In this document: piece by piece, positions 52,501-64,000 of the stretch
Layout: each line of letters opens with the position of its first letter
Position numbering within the stretch: the first letter of the stretch is position 1
Source of the DNA: Eledone cirrhosa
Lineage: Eukaryota
Assembly: GCA_964016885.1 (NCBI GenBank)
Contig: OZ024743.1
Coordinates: 183,954,001 to 184,018,000, forward strand
Length of the DNA: 64,000 nt
Direction of reading: 5' to 3'
The notes under the pieces: model-generated
What the model was told of the DNA's origin: nothing
Databases searched by the model: none
Seen by the model: the letters and a program-made list of their open reading frames with translations, nothing else
Program-made: the position numbers and the translations under genes

Positions 52501-52665
52501 ATCAACTTCCTTTCGCTCTAGCATTTCTACGATTTCTCCTGCTCTTCCTTTCATTGAGCCTACATTGATGGTACCAACTCGGAGTTTTGGGCATTTGTCG
52601 ACACTCGTAGGGGAGGGTCTCTGGGTTGGCGCTTCACGTGGGTGCTTGGTAGCTCGCAGATTCAT
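49546..52665 (-). CDS. RTE LINE polyprotein B (AP endonuclease, RT, PHD-type finger), intact, 1039 aa
   Basis: Same motif set as 40360-43527, including YADD; colinear with it but clearly diverged. Confidence 0.96.
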   Translation of the reverse strand: MNLRATKHPREAPTQRPSPTSVDKCPKLRVGTINVGSMKGRAGEIVEMLERKEVDVCCVQETRWRGGSARVLVGKSQCYKFFWVGNDDGMGGVGILLADKWVDKVISVYRVNARIIKLRLVLNKTITTIISAYAPQSGLPDELKDRFYESLIHTTALTDDKDFLIIAGDFNGHVGKHCDGFNRVHGGHGVGTRNEEGFRLLEFCDANDMSICNTNFKKPDNHLITYRSGEHSSQLDFILIRGRDRWTVVNTKAFPSEECTSQHSLVVSDLTVRTRRALKQRPTWRRKIWKLKVPSTSNRFKDILLNAYDSKEEQIETFNVEENWEFLKNNLLEATDEVCGWSKTSSRRRVTWWWNNKVDEAVKAKRQAWKEWKNGGSRVHYIETKREARRQVYLARREAEDRKFKHVLQREDQKQEVFKIARQCVRDSCDVIGEKCIRNDKGELALTSAEKKDAWKSHYDRLLNEENAWEEETLPHVDPIEGPAVQVSGSVVSKAIRDMKIGKATGPSGIAAEMLKASGSVGHTITTRIVNQVILEGAIPKDWCSSIIVNCYKGKGDALDRGNYRGIKLMDQVMKVTERVIAQLIRDRVNIDEMQFGFVPGKGTTDALFLVRQLQEKYLAKSKPLYLAFVDLEKAFDRVPRAVIWWALRKLGVDEWLVKAVQAMYRGAVSKVRIGNEYSEEFSVQVGVHQGSVLSPLLFIIVLQAITEEFKTGCPWELLYADDLALIAESMVELENKFQTWKQGLERKGLKVNMTKTKVLISRRENRTQIPSGKWPCSVCRKGVGRNSILCPKCKQWVHKRCSGISGSLIKNVGFTCSSCAETASKQPQETSTTNLWEGPVETVDSFCYLGDRISNGGGCSESTITRVRTGWKKFRELLPLLAAKGFSLRMKGRLYDACIRTAMLHGSETWALKVEDLRRLERNEACMLRWMCNSNIRERQSINELRERLSIRGIKCCVQERRLRWYGHVMRMKDDSCIKRCRALEVDGNRGVGRPKMTWDEVIKADLTQLHLSKSMTHDRDFWRHAVIQGTRPPMGTC

Positions 52666-52908
52666 ATTTCATCTATTGATTCAGAGTTGCTCGTGTATTC
52701 CCAGCTCATCCATCCATAACGGTGGGAAAATTGAGGGCTAGAAGGACAGTGGTGGTGGGGTAATGGCAGGGTGTGTTGGGATGCGCCAGAGGAGGAGAGA
52801 GTTAGTTAGGCAGGTAGTAGCAGCAGCAGCAGTGGAAATGGCATGCTAGGTTTGATTGGTCGAATAGACTATGGTGGTGAGTGGGGGTGGGGGGGAGGGA
52901 AATTGTGA

Positions 52909-54405
52909 GGTAGGAACTGAGGGTCGCATGGTAAATATCCAAGTTAATACTACATCAGTAAAATTAACAATAATAACGTCATGAAAAAAGCTACTAAGAG
53001 AAACCCTCGAAAATTTATCGCTAATACAGCAGGGAAAATTTAACGCTAATACAGCAGGGAACATCATAATATTAACGACATGAAAAAGCTACTAAGAGAA
53101 ACCCTCGAAAATTTATCGCTAATACAGCAGGGAAAATTTAACGCTAATACAGCAGGGAACATCATAATATTAACGACATGAAAAAGCTACTAAGAGAAAC
53201 CCTCGAAAATTTATCGCTAATACAGCAGGGAAAATTTAACGCTAATACAGCAGGGAACATCATAATATTAACGACATGAAAAAGCTACTAAGAGAAACCC
53301 TCGAAAATTTATCGCTAATACAGCAGGGAAAATTTAACGCTAATACAGCAGGGAACATCATAATATTAACGACATGAAAAAGCTACTAAGAGAAACCCTC
53401 GAAAATTTATCGCTAATACAGCAGGGAAAATTTAACGCTAATACAGCAGGGAACATCATAATATTAACGACAATATGTAGGCTAAAATACCTTCGTAGAT
53501 TAGGTGGATGGCTGGCTGGGAAAATTTGAATCAACTCTAGTGGTACATTTTAGCAGAGAAGAATGGCAAAGTGTCTTATCTCTTCAATATTTTCAGATTG
53601 AATGAATTAGGTTAAAGACAGGGTAGTAAGCCTTAAAGAAGTGCATAGAGAGGGGGGGGGGTAGGAACTGAGGGTCGCATGGTAAATAACTGAGAGAGAT
53701 ACAATAGGATTAGAATACCGCATGGTAAATATCCAAGTTAATAAGTTAATACTACATCAGTAAAATTAACAATAATAACGTCATGAAAAAAGCTACTAAG
53801 AGAAACCCTCGAAAATTTATCGCTAATACAGCAGGGAAAATTTAACGCTAATACAGCAGGGAACATCATAATATTAACGACATGAAAAAGCTACTAAGAG
53901 AAACCCTCGAAAATTTATCGCTAATACAGCAGGGAAAATTTAACGCTAATACAGCAGGGAACATCATAATATTAACGACATGAAAAAGCTACTAAGAGAA
54001 ACCCTCGAAAATTTATCGCTAATACAGCAGGGAAAATTTAACGCTAATACAGCAGGGAACATCATAATATTAACGACAATATGTAGGCTAAAATACCTTC
54101 GTAGATTAGGTGGATGGCTGGCTGGGAAAATTTGAATCAACTCTAGTGGTACATTTTAGCAGAGAAGAATGGCAAAGTGTCTTATCTCTTCAATATTTTC
54201 AGATTGAATGAATTAGGTTAAAGACAGGGTAGTAAGCCTTAAAGAAGTGCATAGAGAGGGGGGGGGGGTAGGAACTGAGGGTCGCATGGTAAATAACTGA
54301 GAGAGATACAATAGGATTAGAATACCGCATGGTAAATATCCAAGTTAATAAGTTAATACTACATCAGTAAAATTAACAATAATAACGTCATGAAAAAAGC
54401 TACTA
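52909..54405. repeat. Higher-order repeat upstream of the RTE-B ORF: 98-bp monomers (5 + 3 copies) within repeated 600-800-bp blocks
   Basis: Monomers start at 52981, 53080, 53178, ...; linker block 53472-53782 recurs at 54078-54389. Confidence 0.92.
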
Positions 54406-54456
54406 TATATATATATATATACACACGCGGAAATATATATATATTTCTGTGTGTGT

Positions 54457-54700
54457 CATCATCATCATCATCAACGTTTAACGTCCGTGTTCCACGCTTG
54501 CATGGGTTTGGACGGGGGTTTTCCCACTTGAGGTAAGAGTGATTGTCTTGCTCGCATAGGACTGTCTGGCAGGTTTTCTACAGCTGGATGCCCTTCCTAA
54601 CACCAACCACATTTACAGTGTGGGTCTGGGAGGTTTTTACCGTGTTGCCTACACGGCCACATTACAGCGTGGACTGTGTGTTTTTTTGTCGTGACACCTG
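54457..54700 (-). mobile_element. Short 3'-UTR-only copy of RTE family A
   Basis: Near-identical reverse complement of 43637-43880. Confidence 0.88.
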
Positions 54701-54755
54701 TGTATATATATATATATATATATATATTACACACACAGAAATGTATATATATTTC

Positions 54756-54808
<53 letters not shown>

Positions 54809-54992
54809 CACACACACAGAAATGTATATGTGTTTCTGTAGCACTCCTCAATTCCTCCCTCTCTCCCTCCCGCTATCCCCCTCTTGTAGTCTCTCTCTCT
54901 CTACGCGTGCGCAAAAAACATTCGCACGCACGCACGTGTTTCCACTGTCGGACAGACAGACAGAGAAATTGCTGGTTATATATTATAAGGAG

Positions 54993-55232
<240 letters not shown>

Positions 55233-56262
55233 TATGTAAAAGGTAAACAGAAATAACAACTCAATCGGTACAGTATATGGAAGGGATATATTAGGTTAAC
55301 GCTATATAGACTGAGGTGTCTACATCTCACTTACATTCAGTCTCACATGCACATGAGAGGTTGTCGTGTCTTTGACACAACTCTCAACCACATTACAATA
55401 TGTACTGAGTGTGTTTAGTATGTAGATCACTATGGAGGCTGTCATGTCCTTGACACAACTGAAGCGTGCTCCCAACCTTTTTCTGGCAAGTTAACTACAG
55501 TTGGATTCCCCCTCCTATCATTGACCTCATTACAGCATGTACTAGGTGTGTTTATTGTGTAGATCACCAACACTAGACAGGTTGTTATATCATGACACAA
55601 CTGAAGTCTTCTCTCAGTCATGGTTTCTACAGTCAGGTGCCTGTATTGTTACTAACCACTTTACAGGGATGAACTTGGCACATTTTCATAGCATTATAGA
55701 GGTTGTTGGAACAGAAGAGCCTGCTCTGTGGGGGTCGAGTGGGAGTGATAGAAGGGAAATAAGTATGAAGTTGTGGCAAGTGTGGTGTGATTTGACTGGG
55801 TGATGAGTGGGGAAGGGGATGCAATAGTGAGAACACCAAAGCAGAGATAGTGGTGGTGGTTGTGGGAGGTTAGCACTCACCAGTGCCAGGAAGGGAGGAG
55901 AATAGCTAAGGAGTGATAGTGGGGGGATAATGGGTAAGGTGAATAGAGTTGAAATAGAGTAGCTATTAGGGTGCAATAGTGAGGGTGCCAAAGGGCATTA
56001 GAGGGGGAAACAGCTAAGGAGTGATATTGGAAGTGGGTATGGATGGAATGGAGGTGTGTAGTGATGGAAGGGATAGCTGCTAAGGCGTGCTACTGGAAGG
56101 GGATGACACAAGGATAAGTTAGGTTACATTGTATGCTGTTGGCTAGGTCTTCAACAGCACAACATCATGCCATTGCTCGTGGTCCTTTGTCATCTCTGTT
56201 GTGGGGTTTAATTTTTTAAGGTCAGTCTTCACAGTCTCAACCCAAGTTGAGGTTTCATATAT

Positions 56263-56460
56263 ATCATCATCATCATCGTCATTATCATTTTAAGTCCACT
56301 TCCCACGTTAGCATTTACAGTGTGGGCTGGGTGCTTTTTGTCGTGACACCTACACGACCACTTTACAGTGTGGGCTGGGTGCTTTTTGTCGTGACACCTA
56401 CACGACCACTTTACAGTGTGGGCTGGGTGCTTTTTGTTGTGACATCTACATGATCACTTT
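56263..56460 (-). mobile_element. RTE 3'-UTR fragment with a 48-bp module x3
   Basis: TTTACAGTGTGGGCTGGGTGCTTTTTGTCGTGACACCTACACGACCAC repeated next to a (CAT)n tail. Confidence 0.7.
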
Positions 56461-56817
56461 ATATATAATATATTTTTGTAAGTGCTTCACCATCACCTCT
56501 TCCTAATTCTCTATAGCCAAACAAATCTGCTGCCCTTTCCTCACATCAGCTCAGATACTATTTTGGCTGTACTAAATCTTCTTTTCTACGTACAAAATTG
56601 TTTTTGTAGTCTAAAATTAGCTTACATCACTTTAATAATTAATTTGATTATTTTAAATCTACTTTCAAACTTCTGTTTTATTTTTTAATTTACTCCACAA
56701 GGACTACATCTTATGTGTTGAATCTCTTAAACATTTTCCTGCCCTCCCACCCCCACTCACCACCATAGCATAGTCCAATGAAAACACTGGAGAGCGACAT
56801 CTTCTCAACCTAACTAC

Positions 56818-57036
56818 ATAACCTACACACTCAACACCCCTATGTGTAATATTACCTCATAACCTACACACCCAACACCCCTATGTGTAATATCACTCTA
56901 TAACCTACACACCCAACACCCCTATGTGTAATATTACCACATAACCTACACACCCAACACCCCTATGTGTAATATTACCACATAACCTACACACCCAACA
57001 CCCCTATGTGCAATATTACTCCATAACCTACACACC
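56818..57036. repeat. 41-bp minisatellite, about 5 copies
   Basis: ATAACCTACACACCCAACACCCCTATGTGTAATATTACCAC at 56818, 56859, 56900, 56941, 56982 and 57023. Confidence 0.92.
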
Positions 57037-57637
57037 TGTTAAAATCAACAATGAATACAGTGAGGAATTCAGTGTAGAGGTGGGGGTTCACCAGGGCTTC
57101 ATCCTTAGTCTCCCTGCTCTTCATTATTGTCCTACAGGCTATAACAGAGGAATTTAAGACCGGTTGCCTTTGGGAACTCCTATACGCAATGACCTGACTC
57201 TCTAATTCGATTCTATGACAGAATTAAAGAAGAAATTTCAGACATGGAGGCACAACTTGGAATTAAAAGGCCTGGAAGTCAACCTGGCTAAAATCAAAAT
57301 ATTTGTATGCAGAAAAGGAAACAGAGCTCTGATACCCGCAGGGAAATGCAAACAGTAGGTACACAAGAGATGTAGTGGGAAAACAAGCAGGCTAGCAAAA
57401 AACAGACATCATATGTGGACCCTCCTCATAATGGTGCCATCCAGTTTCACACTGTAAATCTGGTTGGTGTTAGGAAGGACATTTAGATGTAAAAAGCCCA
57501 GCCATATTTACAGTCCGGTGGGAGCAATGTACAACGTGGCCAATTCTGGCCAGACTTGTCTCTCAATGCAGACGACCCGACTAACCCAGGCAAGCATGGA
57601 AAATGGACGTTAAACAGTGATGATGATCATGATGATA
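57037..57637 (+). mobile_element. Decayed, internally deleted RTE fragment with tail
   Basis: KINNEYSEEFSV.VGVHQG...EEFKTGCLWELLY, then 3' UTR and (GAT)n. Confidence 0.85.
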
Positions 57638-57722
57638 TATATATATATGAAATAAAGAAATTACTGTTTATAAATTAATAAATTAATTCAAATGAAATGT
57701 TATGGTTGAATTTTGTTTTTAC

Positions 57723-57883
57723 GTTTTAGATGTTTGTAAGTCTTTAACGTGAACTTTCCGAAGATACCAACTCTGATGATCTCCCTTTCCTGAAGCATCA
57801 TGCCAAATTCGAAGGTATGTTAATGAACCAAGAGATTTTGGTGCTCCGAGCAAGTAAGTATTGATGCTACCACGACTAAAGAC
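57723..57883 (-). CDS. Polycystin-1-like gene exon, PLAT domain (absent from the ORF track)
   Basis: AG at 57885-57884, GT at 57722-57721; encodes VFSRGSINTYLL...LGSLTYLRIWHDASG...SWYL; phase 0/2. Confidence 0.92.
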
Positions 57884-58524
57884 CTGTAAATGAACATAAA
57901 AAGGAATTAAAAGAAGAAAGAATATCCCGAGAAAGAGAAATATTTTAATTTATTGATTTGAAGTAGAGTTTACTGCAGTAAAGGGAAAATTGGATAATTT
58001 GTTTATTTTCTAAACAATTGTATTTTTCAATGTAAATCAGTGTAGAATCTTATGCATTTACGTAGTGAGTCTTCCATTTCTACTATGTATGAGAAGTACA
58101 GAGAAAATCTGTTTCATTGAAAGATTATATGTTTTTCTTACTTTTAGATTGCTTTTGGTTAAATGCAAAACCACAAAATAATCTTCATAGAGGAGGAATA
58201 CATACATAACATTATATACTTAGTAAATTATGTCATATGTTGTCTGATATTATCTATTTTAAAACCATATTTCTAATAATTTTGAAAATAAATCAAGAAT
58301 TTGAAGAGAATTGCTAATATCACCAAGTTTCTCATTATTTATCTGGTGTTTGGAGCATAACATAACTGTTCTTACATAAAATTATGATGGCATGTTTATA
58401 AGTAAATATAAATACTTTTAAATAAATGCTTTTGTATTGTAGAACCATGGGTAGTTTCAGGTGATTAGGTATCCAAAGGGTTAACATATAGAAAGATTAG
58501 TGGAAAGCTCCAGTTATTCCTTAC

Positions 58525-58698
58525 CTTTGAATTTTTCTCATCCACTAACTGCCTGGTACCTGTGTCAGCAAGCTCCCCAGAAAGTACAAAGCCAATGTGG
58601 GATTTAGTCCCTGCTCCTTTACGCACTCCTGTGTATACTGTTATCAAATAAAAATAACAATCTTCTGCCTTGTTGCTCTTCAAAGGGACAACTCCCCA
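58525..58698 (-). CDS. Polycystin-1-like gene exon, start of PLAT
   Basis: AG at 58700-58699, GTAAG at 58524; encodes YLITVYTGVRKGAGTKSHIGFVLSG; phase 0/0. Confidence 0.92.
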
Positions 58699-59727
58699 CT
58701 GTTAAAAAGAAAATAAATGGAAGAAGGAACAAAATACAGAAAGTTTACATATCTTTTAATAAATAAATCATGAATTTAACTTAATAAAAGAAGCTGCAGG
58801 AATATTATTATTGATTGATAATAAAATATAAACCAAGGAAAGGCTTCTCCTGTTACTGGTGCCATGTAATCCAGTGCAACCTGTTTCATGGTTGAGTGGT
58901 CAGTGACTAAACTGGCTCTCCCACCAGACTCTAATTTGGTGGAACTACCCTTTAGGTTAGAGTTAGGGCAGATGAATTCTTCACTCAATGACCATTCATC
59001 CCATCTACAAGTTAAATAGCCTTACCAACCTGCAATTGGCCAAGTGTGGTGAGTTTTACTACACTCCTGAAGACATAACCAAAACCAAACAGAAAGAAGT
59101 GGGGGTTAACAAGGGAGAGGTTCCTCCAACAGGAGGGAGAAGGCCCTGATTGGATTGAATTGGATAATAAAATATAAACCAAGGAAAAGTAACAATTTTT
59201 TCAACTAATTTTGTATTGGTAATAGCACCTGTGACTGTCTTCAGTAGAATAGTTAATTAACAGGCACAGGTATGGCTGTTTGGTTAAATAGTGTTTTGCA
59301 GCCATATAGTTTTGGGTATAGTCATACTGTGTACCTCAGAAAAATATCTCCCGTAGTCTCATTTGACCTATTCCTTGTGAGTGAAATTTGGCAGAAGCAA
59401 ACTGTGCAGGGAGACCGATTATATATACTCATATTTGCCTTTTGTTTTTATATATATATGTGTGTGTGTGTGTGTGTGGTTTTATATATACATATATATA
59501 TATACTAGAATATTTAGCTCTGTAACTTACATAGAGCACTCTTCATTCCTCTGACTTTTTCAATTTTCAACGGAAACTTCAATACCTATATATATATATA
59601 TAGATAGATAGATGTATAACCACACACACGTATATACACCATTTTACATCAATTATTGTTTTTGAATAATTACATGGGTTAGTTGATTACACACACACAC
59701 ACACACATACTTTAAATGATTGCTCAC

Positions 59728-59961
59728 CTTTAAAAGATCACGCTTGTCTTCACGTCGTGCCCAAAATACAATGATGAAATAGAGAAAGAATACTACACAG
59801 AGCATGACTAAAACAGCATAGTTGTTACTTAGTTTCTCATCCAGATTTAAGAATACAGTTTCAAAATTGATTTTGTTGACTGGAACAAAAAAATTTGCCC
59901 CGAAAGATGTCAGATGATTGCATAAACAACGTGTGTATTTTCTTGTAGATTCGGGGCTCAC
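59728..59961 (-). CDS. Polycystin-1-like gene exon, GPS cleavage site and TM1
   Basis: AG at 59963-59962, GTGAG at 59727; encodes TRCLCNHLTSFG and WARREDKRD; phase 0/0. Confidence 0.94.
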
Positions 59962-60051
59962 CTATTGACAATAAAATATAGAAAGACGACATAGTGAACA
60001 GAACTGATATAAGAGGAATACTCTTGAAAGTGTTGCTCCAGACGTTAATGT

Positions 60052-60279
60052 TTAACCCTTTATCATTTATGTTACTCTATATATACTATTGTATTTTTGC
60101 GGTAAAGGCTTTATCTTACACATTTATCTCACATAATATTGAATCTATGAGATTTTGATATTATTTATTTTGAAAACAATATCTTAATGTCAGTATGAGT
60201 GGCCAGTTACAGCCAGTTTGAACAGAAATAGGTGAGAGAATTCTGGCCGGATACAGCCAGTTTAAATGCTAAGGAGTTA
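60052..60279. mobile_element. TTAA-flanked MITE
   Basis: TTAACCCTTTA.CATTTA ... TAAATGCTAAGGAGTTAA; a second copy lies at 60587-61058. Confidence 0.65.
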
Positions 60280-60586
60280 AGGAAAGAAAACAAAAGAATG
60301 TGATTGTCAGAATGAACCAAAGAAACTATGATTCCATTTGGTGTTTTCATTGCTGATACTATTTGCTGGTCACACTCCTGGTAAAAGAAGGCAAAATTTG
60401 AACTAAGATTGCACAAAGCCAGATGCAGTACTGCAAATCATCCTACCTATCTCTTTAGCAACTCTACCATTCCACTGCCTCTGGATTAGTACTTTATTTA
60501 CCATTCCTGAAAGGATGAAAAGGTAAATCTGACTTTGGTGAGATTTGGACTCAGAGGGCTGAAAGCCAGAACAAATGCCAAGGTAT

Positions 60587-61058
60587 TTAACCTTTTAGTA
60601 TTTACGTTACTTTATATTTTTCACGCTCAGAGTTGCTGAAGCATGGAACAAACTACCTGCATCAATTGTTAGCTGCTGAGACACTGCATCCTTTAAAACA
60701 TCCATGCTTCCTGAAATTCGCCAACACTACACCTAATATTCTCCCCTCCATATACACGCACACATGTATATCATGACTCACTCATACACTGTCCTGACAT
60801 TTATACAGTATTCTACGTACTATACATTTACCTTTGATGAGTTGTAATGCACCTGAGCACTGTACACAATAATTTCGTTATTATCATATTTTCATGGTAA
60901 AGGATTTACCTCACATAATATCGAATCTATGAGATTTTGATGTTATTTAGAAAACAATACCTTAACATCAGTATGAGTGGCCAGTTACGGTCAGTTTGAA
61001 CAGAAAGAGGTGAGAGAATTCTGGCCGGATATGACAGGTTTAAATGCTAAAAGGTTAA
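60587..61058. mobile_element. TTAA-flanked MITE, second copy with an internal insertion of about 260 bp
   Basis: TTAACCTTTTAGTATTTA ... TAAATGCTAAAAGGTTAA; body matches 60052-60279. Confidence 0.65.
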
Positions 61059-61579
61059 TCCAATACTCTAATAACTTTACCAATCCGAGTGATGAAATTT
61101 GTATATTGATTTTTCTTTAATGATCATCAAACATATTTATAGGAGAGTTTCTAGAAAAATACAATCAATTTTAGTTGTCATAAGAAGTGAAGAATCTAAC
61201 ATTTTCACCCCCTTTGCTTATTTTTCTGCCAGGAATGGCAACCAGTAGATAGTATCAACAATAGAAAGACCTATGGAAACATTGTTTCCTTGGCTTTATC
61301 TGATAATCAGCACCTTTCCTTTCTCTTTTGTCTGAGCACTACAGAACACTTGCTATTTTCTTCTTTTTTTTTAAATAATGAACTCTGAATGTATTTTTTT
61401 AACTATTATTTTAACTGAACTATTTTAAACATTTATTCAAATGTTCCAGAAATAATTTGGCAATCACTTAATAAGGGTAGAAAAACAACATAGTGATGTG
61501 TTTGATGAATTTGTTGAATTTTTCTTACATCGTACTTAATTTTTTATTCTTATTTGGTAGATATGGAGGAAAGGGGCAA

Positions 61580-61830
61580 TGTCCAGAGTATACACGGGCT
61601 CTCCAAAACAAGAGAAATTGATGTCATTGATGTTTTGTTTAAATTGTTGCAGGTCCCCTCCTTTGGGAAATATATGAGTAGACAGGGAGTTCCAGATGAC
61701 TGATGTTTTAGACAGGAAAGACTGAGCATAGTTGTTAGTGTAGGAGCTGGGGAGCAGGACAGAACATGTGTGATGAGAGGAGGAGAGACAAGTGGGGTGA
61801 CATGTGTCTACCAAGATCTGGACTGCAGGG
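61580..61830 (-). mobile_element. CR1/Jockey-type LINE ORF2 C-terminal remnant
   Basis: YAQSFLSKTSVIWNSL...FP...LQQFKQNIN resembles the SF.PRT..LWNSLP terminal motif. Confidence 0.55.
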
Positions 61831-62245
61831 CCTATGAGAGGCGGGGTCCAGCTGGTACTTTGTTCCGGGGCCCAAGAGCTTAGAAGAACCCACAGCAACC
61901 ATGCAACATTGCTTTTGAGAAAAATCTTTGCCTGCTTTGAGCCCCAAAGGGGTCTTGTACCACCTTGCAAAATTTCTCTTGGAAGCCCTGCCGGAGTGAC
62001 ATGTATCCAGTAATCTCCAGAGTGACATGTGTCCAGTAAGCTCCAGAGTGACATGAGTCCAGCAAGCTCTGGAGTATCACAAATACAGCAAGCTCCAAGA
62101 ATATGCCTTATCAGCAATCTTCAGTAAATGAAAGAAAAAGATCCTCGACATCTTTCCAGGGAACAATCGATATATAAAACCACCTTTGTAACACCTGCTG
62201 ATGCCAGACAACAGTTGATAGAAACCTCTATACAAAACTCCTTAC

Positions 62246-62433
62246 CCTACACCCATTGGTCAACCATTTCTCTTGTGTGACATTCCAAAAATGACAGCCA
62301 GACACAACAAAACGAAACTGATAGTTTGGAAAAGGGTCAGCATTGACATTCTCTTCAGTATCAATATCATCATCAACGGAAGCCATCTCCAAAGAATCAT
62401 AATAATCATCCACGGATTGTTGTGTGAGCTCAT
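62246..62433 (-). CDS. Polycystin-1-like gene exon, first half of GPS
   Basis: AG at 62435-62434, GTAAG at 62245; encodes SGCHFWNVTQEKWLTNGCR; ends in phase 0. Confidence 0.9.
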
Positions 62434-63159
62434 CTAAAATGAGAAGCAAATTATATTATAATGATTGAATGGCATTTTTTTTGTCTGTCACTACGTTCTG
62501 ATAATATGGTTCTAAATGTTTAAGAATTCATGAAACACAATAAAAGCAAGAAAAATAAGCGAGGGTGCAAATGTTCCTCTGACAATACTGTTGTCTGCCT
62601 TGACAGCATGGAAAGCAGATGATGAGGATGATACACACAAAAACACACACACATATATAGTAACATGAAAAAAGCACTCATTATACCCTGTAAGGTGATC
62701 ATGCTGGTGACATGACAAAAGGTGCCCAGTCAACCCTGTAATGTGGTCGTGCTGGTGCCACTACAAAAACTACCCAATTTACCCTGTTAGATGGTCATTT
62801 TGATTTTTTAATGTCCTGTCGTTATATGAAGCAGACAGTAAGAATGTGTGTGTGTAAGAGAGAGAAGGGACAGTGATGGTGGTGAAATTTATTTTTAAAC
62901 TTAAGCTATACAAAAAACATTGTTTATCCTCAAACTATAAATGAGTAAAATATGTTATTTTGGTAGATTCAGTCATTTGTTACATTTCAATAAGTTTATA
63001 GTGAACTATTATATAGTCAAGCAAAACAGATAATACAGCAAGGGTCTGAAACCAAGGGTGCCAGAATATCAGTTGTTTTGCTGGTGTGCAGTGATGAACA
63101 TAAACACTCTAGAATCAAATAGTTCCATTCATTAAGGAAGTAGTGTTACAAGATCAGTA

Positions 63160-63366
63160 ATGACAATGACCACAACAACAACAACAGCATCAACAGTAGC
63201 AGCAGCAGTACTAGCATCAACAACAGCAGCAGCTGTAACATCAACAACAGCCAGCAGAATCAACAACTACAACAGTAGCATCAACAACAGCAGCATCAAC
63301 AACAGCAGCATCAACAACTACTGCAGCATCAACAACTACAGCAGTAGCATCAACAATAGCAGCAGC
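63160..63366. repeat. Degenerate CAA/CAG trinucleotide tract
   Basis: Direct observation. Confidence 0.85.
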
Positions 63367-63471
63367 TGTTTTGTAATTTATAGTTTGTACTGACATATGC
63401 ATGTACATGCACACACACACACAATGTTTATAGCTGGAGTTTGCAGTTGGATGAGTTTGTGATAAGATATT

Positions 63472-63920
63472 GACCGAGATCTTTGGCGGTACACAGTAAT
63501 AGAGAAGACCCGCCTTACCTAAATATAAAGTAAAACCTACTACAGTCAGTAGGCACCTCTAACAAAATACACCCCCGTCCCACTACCCCCACCCCATCCA
63601 CCCCACCCCTTTCAATGTAAAGTTATGTTGGTACCACAACATCCAGGCCGAAACAAATGAGGTTGTGTAGGTGTCACGACAAAAAAAACACACAGTCCAC
63701 GCTGTAATGTGGCCGTGTAGGTAACACGGTAAAAACCTCCCAGTTCCACACTGTAAATGTGGTTGGTGTTAGGAAGGGCATCCAGCCGTAGAAAACCCGC
63801 CAGACAGTCCTATGCGAACAAGACAACCACTCTTGCCTCAAATGGGAAAACTCCCGTCCAAACCCATGCAAGCGTGGAATATGGATGTTAAACGATGATG
63901 ATGATGATGATGATGATGAT
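63472..63920 (+). mobile_element. 5'-truncated RTE family A copy
   Basis: Matches 43465-43886 and has a (GAT)n tail. Confidence 0.88.
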
Positions 63921-64000
63921 TATGACAATCAGTCAAAGGAGAGATAGTTCACACACTGTCATGGGTACTGTGCTATGTCCACAACCAAGCCATTTATTTC

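Larger units (their letters stand above)
49246..54405 (-). mobile_element. RTE-clade LINE, family B, apparently full length
   Basis: Intact ORF, (GAT)n tail at 49246-49264, tandem 5' region, (TA)n on both flanks. Confidence 0.8.

Overview
Eukaryotic, AT-rich, microsatellite-rich animal DNA. The SINE and RTE families look coleoid-cephalopod (probably Octopus); this is an inference, not a database result. The window holds 10 phase-consistent minus-strand exons (62433 down to 7092, about 1170 codons) of a polycystin-1-like gene with GPS, TM1, PLAT and channel TM regions; its N-terminal exons lie beyond the right edge. The introns are filled with nested mobile DNA: two RTE-clade LINEs with intact ORFs, each with a PHD-type finger inside the RT and a long modular tandem-repeat 5' region; a full Gypsy element whose two LTRs carry 57-bp arrays differing by exactly 4 units, inserted into a decayed L1/Tx1-like LINE; a mariner with one nonsense codon; several Helitron-type elements, one of them 3.5 kb with a reconstructable A|T empty site; and SINEs and MITEs. 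A 5.6-kb 43-bp minisatellite opens the window. The main unexplained structures are a 458-bp near-perfect palindrome, a 213-bp perfect inverted repeat and a minimal hammerhead-like motif. Coordinates were read by eye, so repeat boundaries may be off by a few bases.
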